DNA from: Candidatus Nanopelagicales bacterium
GTDB taxonomy: Bacteria > Actinomycetota > Actinomycetes > S36-B12 > UBA5976
Assembly: GCA_041687715.1 (NCBI GenBank)
Contig: JBDNJO010000001.1
Span: 6 to 64,005 of the forward strand
Direction: 5' to 3'
Length of the DNA stretch: 64,000 nt
Both the position numbers and the translations under genes were made by a program. Positions 55,435 through 64,000 of the stretch are shown here, piece by piece. Position 1 is the stretch's first letter, and each line of letters opens with the position of its first letter. The notes beneath the pieces are model-generated. The model worked only from the letters and a program-made list of their open reading frames with translations. It was not told the DNA's origin and searched no databases.

Positions 55435-56505
55435 GTGAGCAAGCTATTTTCAGAAGTTAAAGTTGGCGGAGTTACCTTTAAGAATCGCGCTTGGGTCAGC
55501 CCAATGTGCCAATACTCGGCAGTAAATGGTTTGATTCAAGACTGGCATGCGGTGCATTACGGCGCATTCATAACAGGTGGTGCGGGACTGGTGATGGTGG
55601 AGGCAGCAGCAGTTCACCCTGATGGGCGAATCACGCCAAATGATGCTGGGATTTGGACCGACCAACAAGCGCAAGTGCTAGCGGAAATACCTCGCTTTGC
55701 CCATCGATTTGGAACTAAGGCTGGAATCCAAATAGCGCATGCAGGTCGCAAAGCCTCAACCGATACTCCTTGGAGTGGTAGAGGTAACTTACCGCCAACT
55801 GATGGTGGCTGGCAGGTTGTCGCGCCTTCACCTGTGGCATTTGAAGGATGCGCAGTCCCCGTGGAATTGACGCTTTCTGACATCGCGTTGATTAGAGCAG
55901 ATTTCGTAGCCGCTGCTGAGCGAGCTATGTTTGCAGATTTTGATGTGGTTGAAATTCACGCAGCACATGGCTATTTGTTACACGAGTTTTTCTCACCGAT
56001 TTCAAATCAGCGAACTGATGACTACGGCGGTTCATTTGAAAACCGAATAAAGCTGCTATGCGAAATTGCGAGTGAAGTTCGGTTAGTTGTTCCTAGATCT
56101 CGGGCATTATTTGTTCGCATATCCGCCACTGACTGGATTGCGGGAGGTTGGTCAATTGAAGATTCGGTTGCCCTTGCTCGAGAACTCCAAGCCAGGGGAG
56201 TTGACTTAGTTGACTGCTCTTCAGGCGGAATCTCTACTGCACAGCAAATAGAAGTTGGCCCAGGTTATCAAGTTGAGTTTGCTCGAAAAATTCATGAAGA
56301 GTCGGGAATACGCACTGTCGCAGTTGGCGTGATTACCACTGGCGAACAAGCAGAAGCAATTTTGGCTGGAGATGATATTGCCGCTGTGATGATTGGCCGG
56401 GCTATGTTGGGAAATCCACGTTGGCCAATCCAAGCAGCTGCAGATTTAGGCGATGAAATTCCATGGCCTAATCAGTACGCTCGAGGCTTTACTGCGCGTC
56501 AATAA
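55435..56505 (+). CDS. NADH:flavin oxidoreductase, Old Yellow Enzyme family (YqjM/NamA class)
   Basis: 356 aa with FKNRAWVSPMCQYS and HAAHGYLLHEFFSP. The GTG start immediately follows the argF stop. Confidence 0.8.
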   Translation: MSKLFSEVKVGGVTFKNRAWVSPMCQYSAVNGLIQDWHAVHYGAFITGGAGLVMVEAAAVHPDGRITPNDAGIWTDQQAQVLAEIPRFAHRFGTKAGIQIAHAGRKASTDTPWSGRGNLPPTDGGWQVVAPSPVAFEGCAVPVELTLSDIALIRADFVAAAERAMFADFDVVEIHAAHGYLLHEFFSPISNQRTDDYGGSFENRIKLLCEIASEVRLVVPRSRALFVRISATDWIAGGWSIEDSVALARELQARGVDLVDCSSGGISTAQQIEVGPGYQVEFARKIHEESGIRTVAVGVITTGEQAEAILAGDDIAAVMIGRAMLGNPRWPIQAAADLGDEIPWPNQYARGFTARQ

Positions 56506-56519
56506 CTAGCGACCGCAGG

Positions 56520-57479
56520 TTATCTTTCTGTGCTCGCGACTGCCTCTTTTGGTGAGACATTTTTTCTAGTTGCCATAACTGAGCCAATTAATACCACTGG
56601 AAACCCGAGCATAATCCCGAGCGTCAATGGCTCACTCAATAAAGCCACACCCAAAATAATCGCCACTGCAGGATTTATGTAAGTGATTACCGTGGTGCGC
56701 GTAGGTCCTACTTCGTCGATTAAGGCAAATAAAACTATGAATGCAATTGCTGAGCAGAGGACCCCAAGTGCAATGATGCTGATTATTGCGCGAGTAGAAA
56801 CTTCAGATACACCTGGTGCTCGCCATGAATCATTAACAATGTCAAAAATTACCAGCGGCAGATAAATCATTCCGGCAACAAACAGGGACCAAGAAATTAC
56901 GCCGATGCTGTCGACATCACTTAGAAACTTCGTGATAATGATCGGGCCAAGTGCGTAACCCAGTACCGCAACGAAGCAAATCGCAATTGCCCAGTAGTTA
57001 TCGGCACTGATGTCAAAGCCCACGAGCAAACCCACACCAGTGATTCCAATAAGCAAGCCAATGATTCTTCGGGCATCCCAATTGGAATCTAATCCAATCC
57101 GACGCGAAATAATCGCATTAACTATTGGAACTGCAGCAATAAGCAGTCCAGTTAGTGAGCTTGAAATATCTTTCTCAGCAACTGCTAGGGCGCCAAATGG
57201 TAGACACATTTCAATAACCGCAAAAGCCAGAATGCCCTTCCAGTGCGTCTTCAATGATCTTGCATGCCCGCGATGTATTGCGATCGGTAACAACAGCAGG
57301 GCGGCGATCATGACTCGCCCAAAAACGACTATTGCTGGAGAGAGGTCCTCAACAGCAATGCGAATAAATAAATATGGAGTCCCCCAAATTATTCCTAGGG
57401 CTATAAACAGTAACCATCCGCGCTTAGACACAAACCCGATTCTAGACATAGGAGTTTTCCCAGTATTCTTAGGGATCAT
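56520..57479 (-). CDS. EamA/DMT-family transporter
   Basis: 319 aa with 10 TM helices and [11 protein letters not shown] in the first EamA repeat. The start may be ATG 57479 or the internal ATG 57449. Confidence 0.7.
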   Translation of the reverse strand: MIPKNTGKTPMSRIGFVSKRGWLLFIALGIIWGTPYLFIRIAVEDLSPAIVVFGRVMIAALLLLPIAIHRGHARSLKTHWKGILAFAVIEMCLPFGALAVAEKDISSSLTGLLIAAVPIVNAIISRRIGLDSNWDARRIIGLLIGITGVGLLVGFDISADNYWAIAICFVAVLGYALGPIIITKFLSDVDSIGVISWSLFVAGMIYLPLVIFDIVNDSWRAPGVSEVSTRAIISIIALGVLCSAIAFIVLFALIDEVGPTRTTVITYINPAVAIILGVALLSEPLTLGIMLGFPVVLIGSVMATRKNVSPKEAVASTER

Positions 57480-59955
57480 GAGCGAACAGGTTATTCCAGA
57501 TCCAAATTTCTATGACGTCCACGCGGTTCAAGAGAAATGGCTGCCAGTTTGGGATGATTTAACGCCTTTTAGATCTGGCCGAGCCGATGATCCGCGACCA
57601 AAAAAATACGTTTTAGATATGTTCCCTTATCCATCGGGGGACTTGCATATGGGTCACGCAGAGGCTTACGCCTTAGGCGATGTTATTTCGCGCTATTGGG
57701 TCCACAAGGGTTTCAATGTGATGCACCCAATTGGTTGGGATGCTTTTGGTTTACCTGCTGAAAATGCGGCAATCAAACGAAATGAAAGTCCTCAAATCTG
57801 GACTTATGAGAATATTGCGATTCAAAAAGCTTCAATGCGTCGTTACGCCTGCTCATTTGATTGGGATCGCGTTTTAAATACTTGTGATCCGGAGTACTAC
57901 CACTGGAACCAGTGGTTCTTCTTGCAAATGTATGAGCGTGGTTTGGCTTACCGAAAAGATTCTGCGGTTAACTGGTGCCCATCTTGCCAAACGGTTTTAG
58001 CAAATGAGCAGGTCGTTGGTGGCGCTTGTGAACGTTGCGATGCCTCAGTAACAAAGAAAAAACTTAATCAGTGGTATTTCAAGATCACAGATTACGCCGA
58101 TCGTTTGCTCGATGACATGAAAGAACTCGAAGGGCAATGGCCTGAAAAAGTTTTACTCATGCAACGAAATTGGATTGGACGTTCGCAGGGCGCTGAAGTC
58201 AGTTTTGAAATTGAAGGCCGAAGTGAACCTGTTGTGGTTTACACAACTAGACCCGACACTTTATACGGAGCCACTTTTTTCGTGGTCGCAGTAGATTCCG
58301 CTTTGGCTGCTGAACTGGCGGCTGGGACCGAAAGTGAAGCAAGTTTCAAAAAGTACCTCGAAGATGTTAAGGCAACAAGTGACATGGATCGTCTTGCTTC
58401 AGATCGCCCTAAGACTGGAGTGTTCTTAAATAGGTATGCAATAAATCCAGTCAGTGGTGAACGCTTGCAAATTTGGGCGAGTGATTACGTGCTTGCAGAT
58501 TATGGAACTGGTGCGATTATGGCAGTTCCCGCTCATGATCAACGTGATTTAGATTTTGCAAAAACATTCGATTTACCAATTCGAGTTGTTGTTGCATCGC
58601 AAACCGACCCAGCTGTAACTGGCGAAGCAACAGCCGATGATGGTGCGCACGTTAATTCTGGTGACCTCGATGGATTAGGAAAAGCTGAAGCCATCACAAA
58701 AATTATTTCTCAGTTACAGACTAAGAACCTAGGTAAGCCTGCAACTAACTATCGACTTCGGGATTGGTTAATTTCGCGGCAGCGCTTTTGGGGAACACCT
58801 ATTCCAATAATTCACTGCACATCGTGCGGGGAAGTACCAGTGCCGATCGAGCAACTTCCAGTGTTATTGCCTGATGCAACTGGAATGGATCTTTCCCCGA
58901 AAGGCACGTCGCCACTTGGAGCTGCTGATGAGTGGGCCAATGTGTCGTGTCCAAAGTGTTCGGGTCCAGCTCGCCGAGACGCAGACACCATGGACACTTT
59001 TGTGGATTCTTCCTGGTACTACCTGCGCTATTTAAATCCCAAACTTGATTCGGCGCCATTTGATCAAGCTGAAGCCAAGAAGTGGTTGCCAGTTGATCAA
59101 TACGTTGGCGGAGTAACGCATGCAATTTTGCATTTGTTGTACAGTCGCTTTTTTACCAAAGTCATGTTCGACATGGGAATGGTTGACTTCGTTGAACCAT
59201 TTAAGCGGTTATTGAATCAAGGCATGGTTCAAATGGATGGCTCAGCAATGAGTAAGAGTCGCGGCAATTTAGTAAAACTAAGTGATGAGTTAAGTGAAAA
59301 TGGTGTGGACGCAATTCGGTTAGCAATGGTTTTTTCAGGACCACCTGAAGATGACGTTGACTGGGCTGATGTCTCACCAAGCGGTGCAAAAAAGTTTTTG
59401 GCCCGTGCTTACCGCCTTGCTGGTGATGTAACAAGTAGTCCAAGTGCTGATGTGACAACTGGAAATTTGGCACTGCGCAAAGCCACACATAAGGCAGTAA
59501 ATGATTCCCAGCTTGCCGTTGAAACTTACCGATTTAATGTTGCAGTTGCTCGCACCATGGAGCTGGTAAATGTGACTCGTAAGGCAATTGATGCTGGTTG
59601 CGGTCCGGCAGATCCCGCAGTGCGCGAAGCAACCGAAGCGGTTGCAATCATGCTTTCTTTAGTTGCGCCATACACCTCGGAAGAAATGTGGGAGCGACTT
59701 GGTCACCAGCCTCCAATGGCACTTGCGCCTTGGCCAGTTGTTGACCCCGCGCTACTTGTTGAAGATTCCGTGCAATGTGTAATTCAAGTAAATGGAAAAA
59801 TTAAAGAGCGCCTTGAAATTTCGCCAGGGATTACTGAGGATGAAATGCGCGAACTTGCAATGAGCCAAGCATCAGTTATTGCTGCGCTAGCTGGCCAAAC
59901 AATAAAAGTTGTTGTAGTTCGTGCGCCAAAACTGGTCAACATAGTCTTGGCATAG
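57478..59955 (+). CDS. leuS: Leucine--tRNA ligase
   Basis: 825 aa with [13 protein letters not shown] (HIGH) and KMSKSRGN. The track ORF starts at 57010, but homology begins at [21 protein letters not shown] (ATG 57478). Confidence 0.95.
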   Translation: MSEQVIPDPNFYDVHAVQEKWLPVWDDLTPFRSGRADDPRPKKYVLDMFPYPSGDLHMGHAEAYALGDVISRYWVHKGFNVMHPIGWDAFGLPAENAAIKRNESPQIWTYENIAIQKASMRRYACSFDWDRVLNTCDPEYYHWNQWFFLQMYERGLAYRKDSAVNWCPSCQTVLANEQVVGGACERCDASVTKKKLNQWYFKITDYADRLLDDMKELEGQWPEKVLLMQRNWIGRSQGAEVSFEIEGRSEPVVVYTTRPDTLYGATFFVVAVDSALAAELAAGTESEASFKKYLEDVKATSDMDRLASDRPKTGVFLNRYAINPVSGERLQIWASDYVLADYGTGAIMAVPAHDQRDLDFAKTFDLPIRVVVASQTDPAVTGEATADDGAHVNSGDLDGLGKAEAITKIISQLQTKNLGKPATNYRLRDWLISRQRFWGTPIPIIHCTSCGEVPVPIEQLPVLLPDATGMDLSPKGTSPLGAADEWANVSCPKCSGPARRDADTMDTFVDSSWYYLRYLNPKLDSAPFDQAEAKKWLPVDQYVGGVTHAILHLLYSRFFTKVMFDMGMVDFVEPFKRLLNQGMVQMDGSAMSKSRGNLVKLSDELSENGVDAIRLAMVFSGPPEDDVDWADVSPSGAKKFLARAYRLAGDVTSSPSADVTTGNLALRKATHKAVNDSQLAVETYRFNVAVARTMELVNVTRKAIDAGCGPADPAVREATEAVAIMLSLVAPYTSEEMWERLGHQPPMALAPWPVVDPALLVEDSVQCVIQVNGKIKERLEISPGITEDEMRELAMSQASVIAALAGQTIKVVVVRAPKLVNIVLA

Positions 59956-59961
59956 CGCGTT

Positions 59962-60798
59962 ATGCCTGTTGGAATAGTTACCGACTCCACCGCATACATG
60001 CCTGAATCTGTAGTAACTGAACTTGGAATCGAAGTCGTCCAACTTCAGGTTATTAGTAATGGCATTGCTTTTAACGAAGTAGATGGCATAACAGTTGACC
60101 AAGTGGCGCTGGCCTTACGTGCGAATAAACCAGTTACGACATCGCGACCTAATCCGGAACTTTTCATTGCTGCCTATCAGCGATTGATTTCAAATGGCGC
60201 AGACGCAATAGTTAGTGCTCATCTTTCCAGTGAGTTAAGCGGAACTTATGAATCAGCATTACTTGCAAGCCGCAGCGTATCCTGCCCGATTGCGGTCATA
60301 GATTCACGGGGGATTGCCATGATGCTGGGTTTTGCAGTCCAGGCTGGGGCGCATCTTGCTAAGTCAGGTGGCGACTTTGCCGAAGTTGGCGATTTGGTCA
60401 AACGTAAATGCCTCGGCTCATCAATTTTGTTCTATGTTGATTCTCTCGAGTTTCTTGAGCGAGGTGGGCGAATAAATGCAGTGCAGGCCCGAATGGGAAC
60501 TGCGTTGAATATGAAGCCGCTATTACATATGCTCAATGGCAAAGTCGAGCAACGGGAATTAGTGCGGACTCGCGAGAAGGCACTAAACCGGATGATAGAT
60601 CTGGTTTGTGCCGCAGCTCGAATCAAGTCGGAGATTGCGGTACATCATGTGGCCGCTGCTAGTGCAGCCCATGATCTTGCACAACAATTGCAAAATAGAA
60701 CTGGATTAAAAGATATTTCAGTCTCTCCTGTTGGCGCAGTTGTTGGAACTCATGTGGGACCTGGCGCGCTAGCAATTGTTGTAAGTCCACAGGTTTAG
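59962..60798 (+). CDS. DegV-family fatty-acid-binding protein
   Basis: 278 aa. N-terminus VGIVTDSTAYMP and TSRPNP. It sits in the leuS-degV-comEA synteny. Confidence 0.85.
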   Translation: MPVGIVTDSTAYMPESVVTELGIEVVQLQVISNGIAFNEVDGITVDQVALALRANKPVTTSRPNPELFIAAYQRLISNGADAIVSAHLSSELSGTYESALLASRSVSCPIAVIDSRGIAMMLGFAVQAGAHLAKSGGDFAEVGDLVKRKCLGSSILFYVDSLEFLERGGRINAVQARMGTALNMKPLLHMLNGKVEQRELVRTREKALNRMIDLVCAAARIKSEIAVHHVAAASAAHDLAQQLQNRTGLKDISVSPVGAVVGTHVGPGALAIVVSPQV

Positions 60799-60858
60799 TT
60801 TCCCCACAATTTTTTTGACTTAGCGCAAGTACAAAAGCGTTAACCTACTCTGCAAAAC

Positions 60859-61563
60859 ATGCAGGCATTTAGGAAAACTACTCAGCAACTTTCAAATGTG
60901 GCAGAACAGCGATTGCGCAAAATTCTCGAAAGTAGAAGTGAAGTCGCTGCCCCAAGTGAGCCTGCTCAAATTCTCATTGAGCCACCTCGAGAAGCCATTA
61001 AGCCGATGGCAAAACTTATCGTGCTTGCCGTATGCATAGTGGGCTTACTTGTTTGGTTAAATCGCCCAACTACTCTGACAAATCCAGCCGTGCAAAGTCC
61101 AGGAATTCCAATTGCAGTTCCCGCAACGAGTTTTAATCCGTTGGCTATTGAGCAAAACTCACTCGATCAGATTGTGATTGATGTAAAGGGTGATGTGATT
61201 TCTCCTGGTTTAGTTACTTTAAGCGCAGGTTCTCGAGTTGCAGATGCAATTACTGCAGCTGGTGGGTTAGTTGTTGATGCTGACATCAGCAATATCAACT
61301 TGGCAGAGCGACTCTCTGATGGCCAAATGATTTATGTTGGCCAGTCCCAATCAAGTGGCATTGGCGCAGATCCACGAGTTAATTTAAATCTGGCAACTGT
61401 TGCGGAATTAGATACTTTGCCTGGTGTTGGTCCGGTGATGGCTGGACGGATTGTAGCTTGGCGCAATCTCAATCAAAGATTTCATTCGGTTGAACAATTA
61501 CAAGAGGTACCAGGAATTGGATCTAAGGTTTTTGCAAACTTAAAACCATTGATCAAAATTTAA
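60859..61563 (+). CDS. comEA: ComEA family DNA-binding competence protein
   Basis: TM anchor, SLBB-like segment (IVIDVKGDVISPGLVTL) and C-terminal helix-hairpin-helix (LNLATVAELDTLPGVGPVMAGRIVAWR). Confidence 0.85.
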   Translation: MQAFRKTTQQLSNVAEQRLRKILESRSEVAAPSEPAQILIEPPREAIKPMAKLIVLAVCIVGLLVWLNRPTTLTNPAVQSPGIPIAVPATSFNPLAIEQNSLDQIVIDVKGDVISPGLVTLSAGSRVADAITAAGGLVVDADISNINLAERLSDGQMIYVGQSQSSGIGADPRVNLNLATVAELDTLPGVGPVMAGRIVAWRNLNQRFHSVEQLQEVPGIGSKVFANLKPLIKI

Positions 61564-63924
61564 GTGGACTTTCGCCTAGCCCCATTTGCCATTGCAACTT
61601 GGCTAGGGGCCGCGCTTACTATCGGATTGCTTGGACTAAGTAATCTGATTTGGTCATGGGTGATTTGTAGCGCAGCAATTCTTCTGGTCTTAATCCTGTT
61701 GCGACATTTCAAAGCCAAGAAGATTGATTCAAAAACTTTAGGTACATTTATTGTCCTTGGCACGATACTTGGCTGCGTCATTACTTTGCTGCGGCTTTAT
61801 CCAATTGTGTATGGGCCCATTTCACAGGCGAGTGTAAGTGGCGCCGTTATTAAGGGAACAGCCACTGTCACAACAGATCCAATAGTTTCCAATCGAAAGG
61901 GAAACTTGGATTGGACACAACAGGATTTACTCCGGGTGGGGCTACGAATCGATTCCGCAATGATTCGAGGTGAGAGCATCAAACTAAGCACACCCGTTTT
62001 AGTACTTGTTTCGGATGCTGCGCTTATCGAAAGTTTCGAGAAACTTATTCCAGGCAATCAAATTTCATTTGTTGGAAAGTTGGCTACTGCTCCAATTGGT
62101 CGGCAGTTAGCTGGATATCTCAAACCCCTGGAACCACCAGTATTGATAAAGGCTGCGCCGCGATATCAATGGCTTGCCGCAAGTTTGCGAGCAGGATTGC
62201 ATGAGTCCTTGAGATATAGTTCCCCAGCTGCCAAAGGTTTAGTCCCAGGTTTAGCGCTCGGTGATAGTTCTGCTTTACCTACACAGTTATCGCAAGAGAT
62301 GAAGGCCGCCGGATTGACCCATTTAATTGCGGTCTCGGGTACGAATGTGACGCTGTTAATTATTGTGGTACTCGCATTATTACGTCGAGTAAAGGCGAGT
62401 AAGAACCTCCAGTACTTAATGGTGATCGGAGCCTTACTTGCCTTCGTAGTTATCGTGCGCCCCCAACCCAGCGTGCTTCGCGCAACCGTAATGGGTTTAG
62501 TCGCACTTCTTGCCACTTATACCGACGGGCGAAAGTCCCCAGTTCCAGCATTAAGCGTGGCAGTGATAGCTCTTGTTGTTATTGATCCTTGGCTTGCTTT
62601 GTCCTATGGCTTTGCACTTTCAGTTGCTGCCACCGCCGGCTTAGTACTTTGGGTAAGTCGTATTCAAGGCTTCTTCGACCGAAAATTTCCAAGGCGGATC
62701 CCGCTTTGGCTAATTCAAATTATGGCGGTCACTATTGCAGCCCAATTGGCAGTCTTTCCATTAATTGTCGCGCTTGGCTCACCAATTTCATTGACTTCAA
62801 TACCTGCCAACATGTTTGCAGTACCGATAGCCGCACCAACAATGGTTCTTGGCTTAGCTGCAGCACTCGTGACGCCGCTATCTTCGCAACTTGGAGTTGC
62901 AATGGCCTGGTGCGCTGGACTTTTTGCAGAATTAATCGCACTCATTGCTCAAGTGAGTGCAAGTGCGCAATGGCTAGTTGTGCCATGGCCAAGTGGGAAA
63001 TTTGGGATTGTTTTGGCTTTGATATTTATGACTGGCGCAGTACATGCTGGGTTGCTTTGGCGCCACCTTTCCACTTCGCAGAAATCAAAGTATTTGTCCA
63101 TAGTTACCGTGGGTGCGGTCTTGTTATGGAATCCACCGAGTACTGTGCTAAAAGTTTGGCCACCTGCAAATTGGGTCATGGTTTCCTGCGATGTAGGTCA
63201 AGGAGATGCAACTGTCATACGCATAGGCCCTAATGAAGCAGTGGTGATAGATGTAGGAGGTGATCCAAAAATCATTGATGGTTGTCTACGTCGATTGCAC
63301 ATTAAGCAAATCCCAGTTCTACTCTTGACACATTTTCATGCTGATCATGTTGGGGGCTTAATCGGCGCGTTACAAGGCCGGCAAGTTGGTGAGATACGCG
63401 TTAGTCCATTAGGTGATCCAATTGAAACTACAAAGTTTGTAACAAGCACCTTGTACGAACTTGGTAAATCTGCAGCAGTGATGACTTACCCAGAAACCTT
63501 CAGCGTTAAGAATGTTAAGTTCACTTGCATTTGGCCAAAGCGCTTGATTTTAGGGGAGGGAAGTGATGCAAATAATGCAAGTGTGGCTTTGGCAGTAACA
63601 AGCAACGAGATATCGATACTTCTTACAGGTGACATTGAGCCGCCAGCGCAAGGTGAGATTGTGAAAAGTACACCACAGCAAAATTTTGATGTAATAAAGG
63701 TTGCTCACCATGGCTCAAGATATCAATCAACTGATTTCGCTAACTGGGCAAATGCAGAGATTGCCATAATTTCTGTGGGTGCTGAAAACCAATATGGCCA
63801 TCCCGCCCAAGAAACTCTCGCGTTATATGAATTGACGGGGAGCGCCGTATTTCGAACAGACTTAAGTGGCGACTTAGCAGTCATAGTTAAAGATTCGAGG
63901 ATCTGGGTGGCGAGCGCCCGCTAG
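61564..63924 (+). CDS. comEC: ComEC/Rec2 DNA internalisation channel with a C-terminal metallo-beta-lactamase domain
   Basis: 786 aa with a polytopic competence domain (GLTHLIAVSGTNVT) and the MBL motif THFHADHVGG. The GTG start abuts the comEA stop. Confidence 0.9.
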   Translation: MDFRLAPFAIATWLGAALTIGLLGLSNLIWSWVICSAAILLVLILLRHFKAKKIDSKTLGTFIVLGTILGCVITLLRLYPIVYGPISQASVSGAVIKGTATVTTDPIVSNRKGNLDWTQQDLLRVGLRIDSAMIRGESIKLSTPVLVLVSDAALIESFEKLIPGNQISFVGKLATAPIGRQLAGYLKPLEPPVLIKAAPRYQWLAASLRAGLHESLRYSSPAAKGLVPGLALGDSSALPTQLSQEMKAAGLTHLIAVSGTNVTLLIIVVLALLRRVKASKNLQYLMVIGALLAFVVIVRPQPSVLRATVMGLVALLATYTDGRKSPVPALSVAVIALVVIDPWLALSYGFALSVAATAGLVLWVSRIQGFFDRKFPRRIPLWLIQIMAVTIAAQLAVFPLIVALGSPISLTSIPANMFAVPIAAPTMVLGLAAALVTPLSSQLGVAMAWCAGLFAELIALIAQVSASAQWLVVPWPSGKFGIVLALIFMTGAVHAGLLWRHLSTSQKSKYLSIVTVGAVLLWNPPSTVLKVWPPANWVMVSCDVGQGDATVIRIGPNEAVVIDVGGDPKIIDGCLRRLHIKQIPVLLLTHFHADHVGGLIGALQGRQVGEIRVSPLGDPIETTKFVTSTLYELGKSAAVMTYPETFSVKNVKFTCIWPKRLILGEGSDANNASVALAVTSNEISILLTGDIEPPAQGEIVKSTPQQNFDVIKVAHHGSRYQSTDFANWANAEIAIISVGAENQYGHPAQETLALYELTGSAVFRTDLSGDLAVIVKDSRIWVASAR

Positions 63925-63950
63925 TCACACCTTCGTGAGATATTACAAAC

Positions 63951-64000
63951 ATGGTAAAAAAGTCGGCTACTGATCAAGCCAATACAGTTCTGGCTGTTGG
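63951..64000 (+). CDS. 5' end of a CDS truncated by the window edge (DNA polymerase III delta subunit expected from synteny only)
   Basis: ATG at 63951 (MVKKSATDQANTVLAV...). Only 16 codons are visible. The holA assignment rests purely on the comEC-holA order in other Actinobacteria. Confidence 0.25.
   Translation, partial: MVKKSATDQANTVLAV

Noticed and set aside
57010-57477. 156-codon N-terminal extension of the leuS ORF (track ORF 57010..59955, 981 aa)
   Set aside because: It lies entirely antisense to the EamA transporter gene and has no LeuS homology. LeuS similarity starts at [13 protein letters not shown] (ATG 57478). Open antisense frames are common opposite hydrophobic membrane-protein genes.
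62589-63233. 214-aa same-strand alternative-frame ORF inside comEC
   Set aside because: It is fully nested in a confident 786-aa ComEC frame, and its Cys/Arg-rich composition is typical of an off-frame translation.

Overview
The window is a compact, gene-dense stretch of an actinobacterial chromosome. I call about 66 CDS and 5 tRNAs. I found no rRNA, CRISPR array, transposase, integrase or phage genes.

Gene order follows the conserved Mycobacterium/Streptomyces core block: ettA, glbO, pepN, an Rv2466c-like gene, rpiB, tRNA-Gly/Pro, tig, clpP1P2, clpX, valS, folC, ndk, a radical-SAM pair, rne, rplU, rpmA, obg, nadD, rsfS, tRNA-Ala, leuS, degV, comEA, comEC. GC looks moderate to low by eye. 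There are many ATGA/GTGA start-stop overlaps, 4-nt stop-stop overlaps and probable leaderless starts. This suggests a streamlined lineage, possibly freshwater acI-type Actinobacteria, but I cannot verify taxonomy or compute composition here.

The left end carries a Cys-type NAD-linked formate dehydrogenase module (fdsA is 5'-partial, then fdsD, moeA, mobA, fdhD). A metal ABC importer follows it.

The clearest accessory region is a catabolic block of about 14.8 kb (42.7-57.5 kb) between tRNA-Ala and leuS. It contains:
- a DUF1185-EthD-Ser/Cys proline-racemase-superfamily operon, divergent from mmsA-eamA
- hutUIH
- an operon of a hutG-like gene, a PatD-like ALDH, an ArgI-like OTC and an OYE flavoenzyme

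I did not find an unambiguous new defence or mobile system. The best candidates for follow-up are:
- the uncharacterised DUF1185/EthD/PRS operon
- an unannotated 47-codon DUF2256 zinc-ribbon gene translationally coupled to an Fe-S (6-4) photolyase-type gene
- two tRNA-adjacent tandem-repeat arrays (83-bp and 58-bp units)
- the conserved but functionally unassigned radical-SAM pair upstream of rne
- an AKKA-repeat tail that doubles the length of ribosomal protein L21

Several ORF-track starts were moved to internal start codons with better RBS or homology support.
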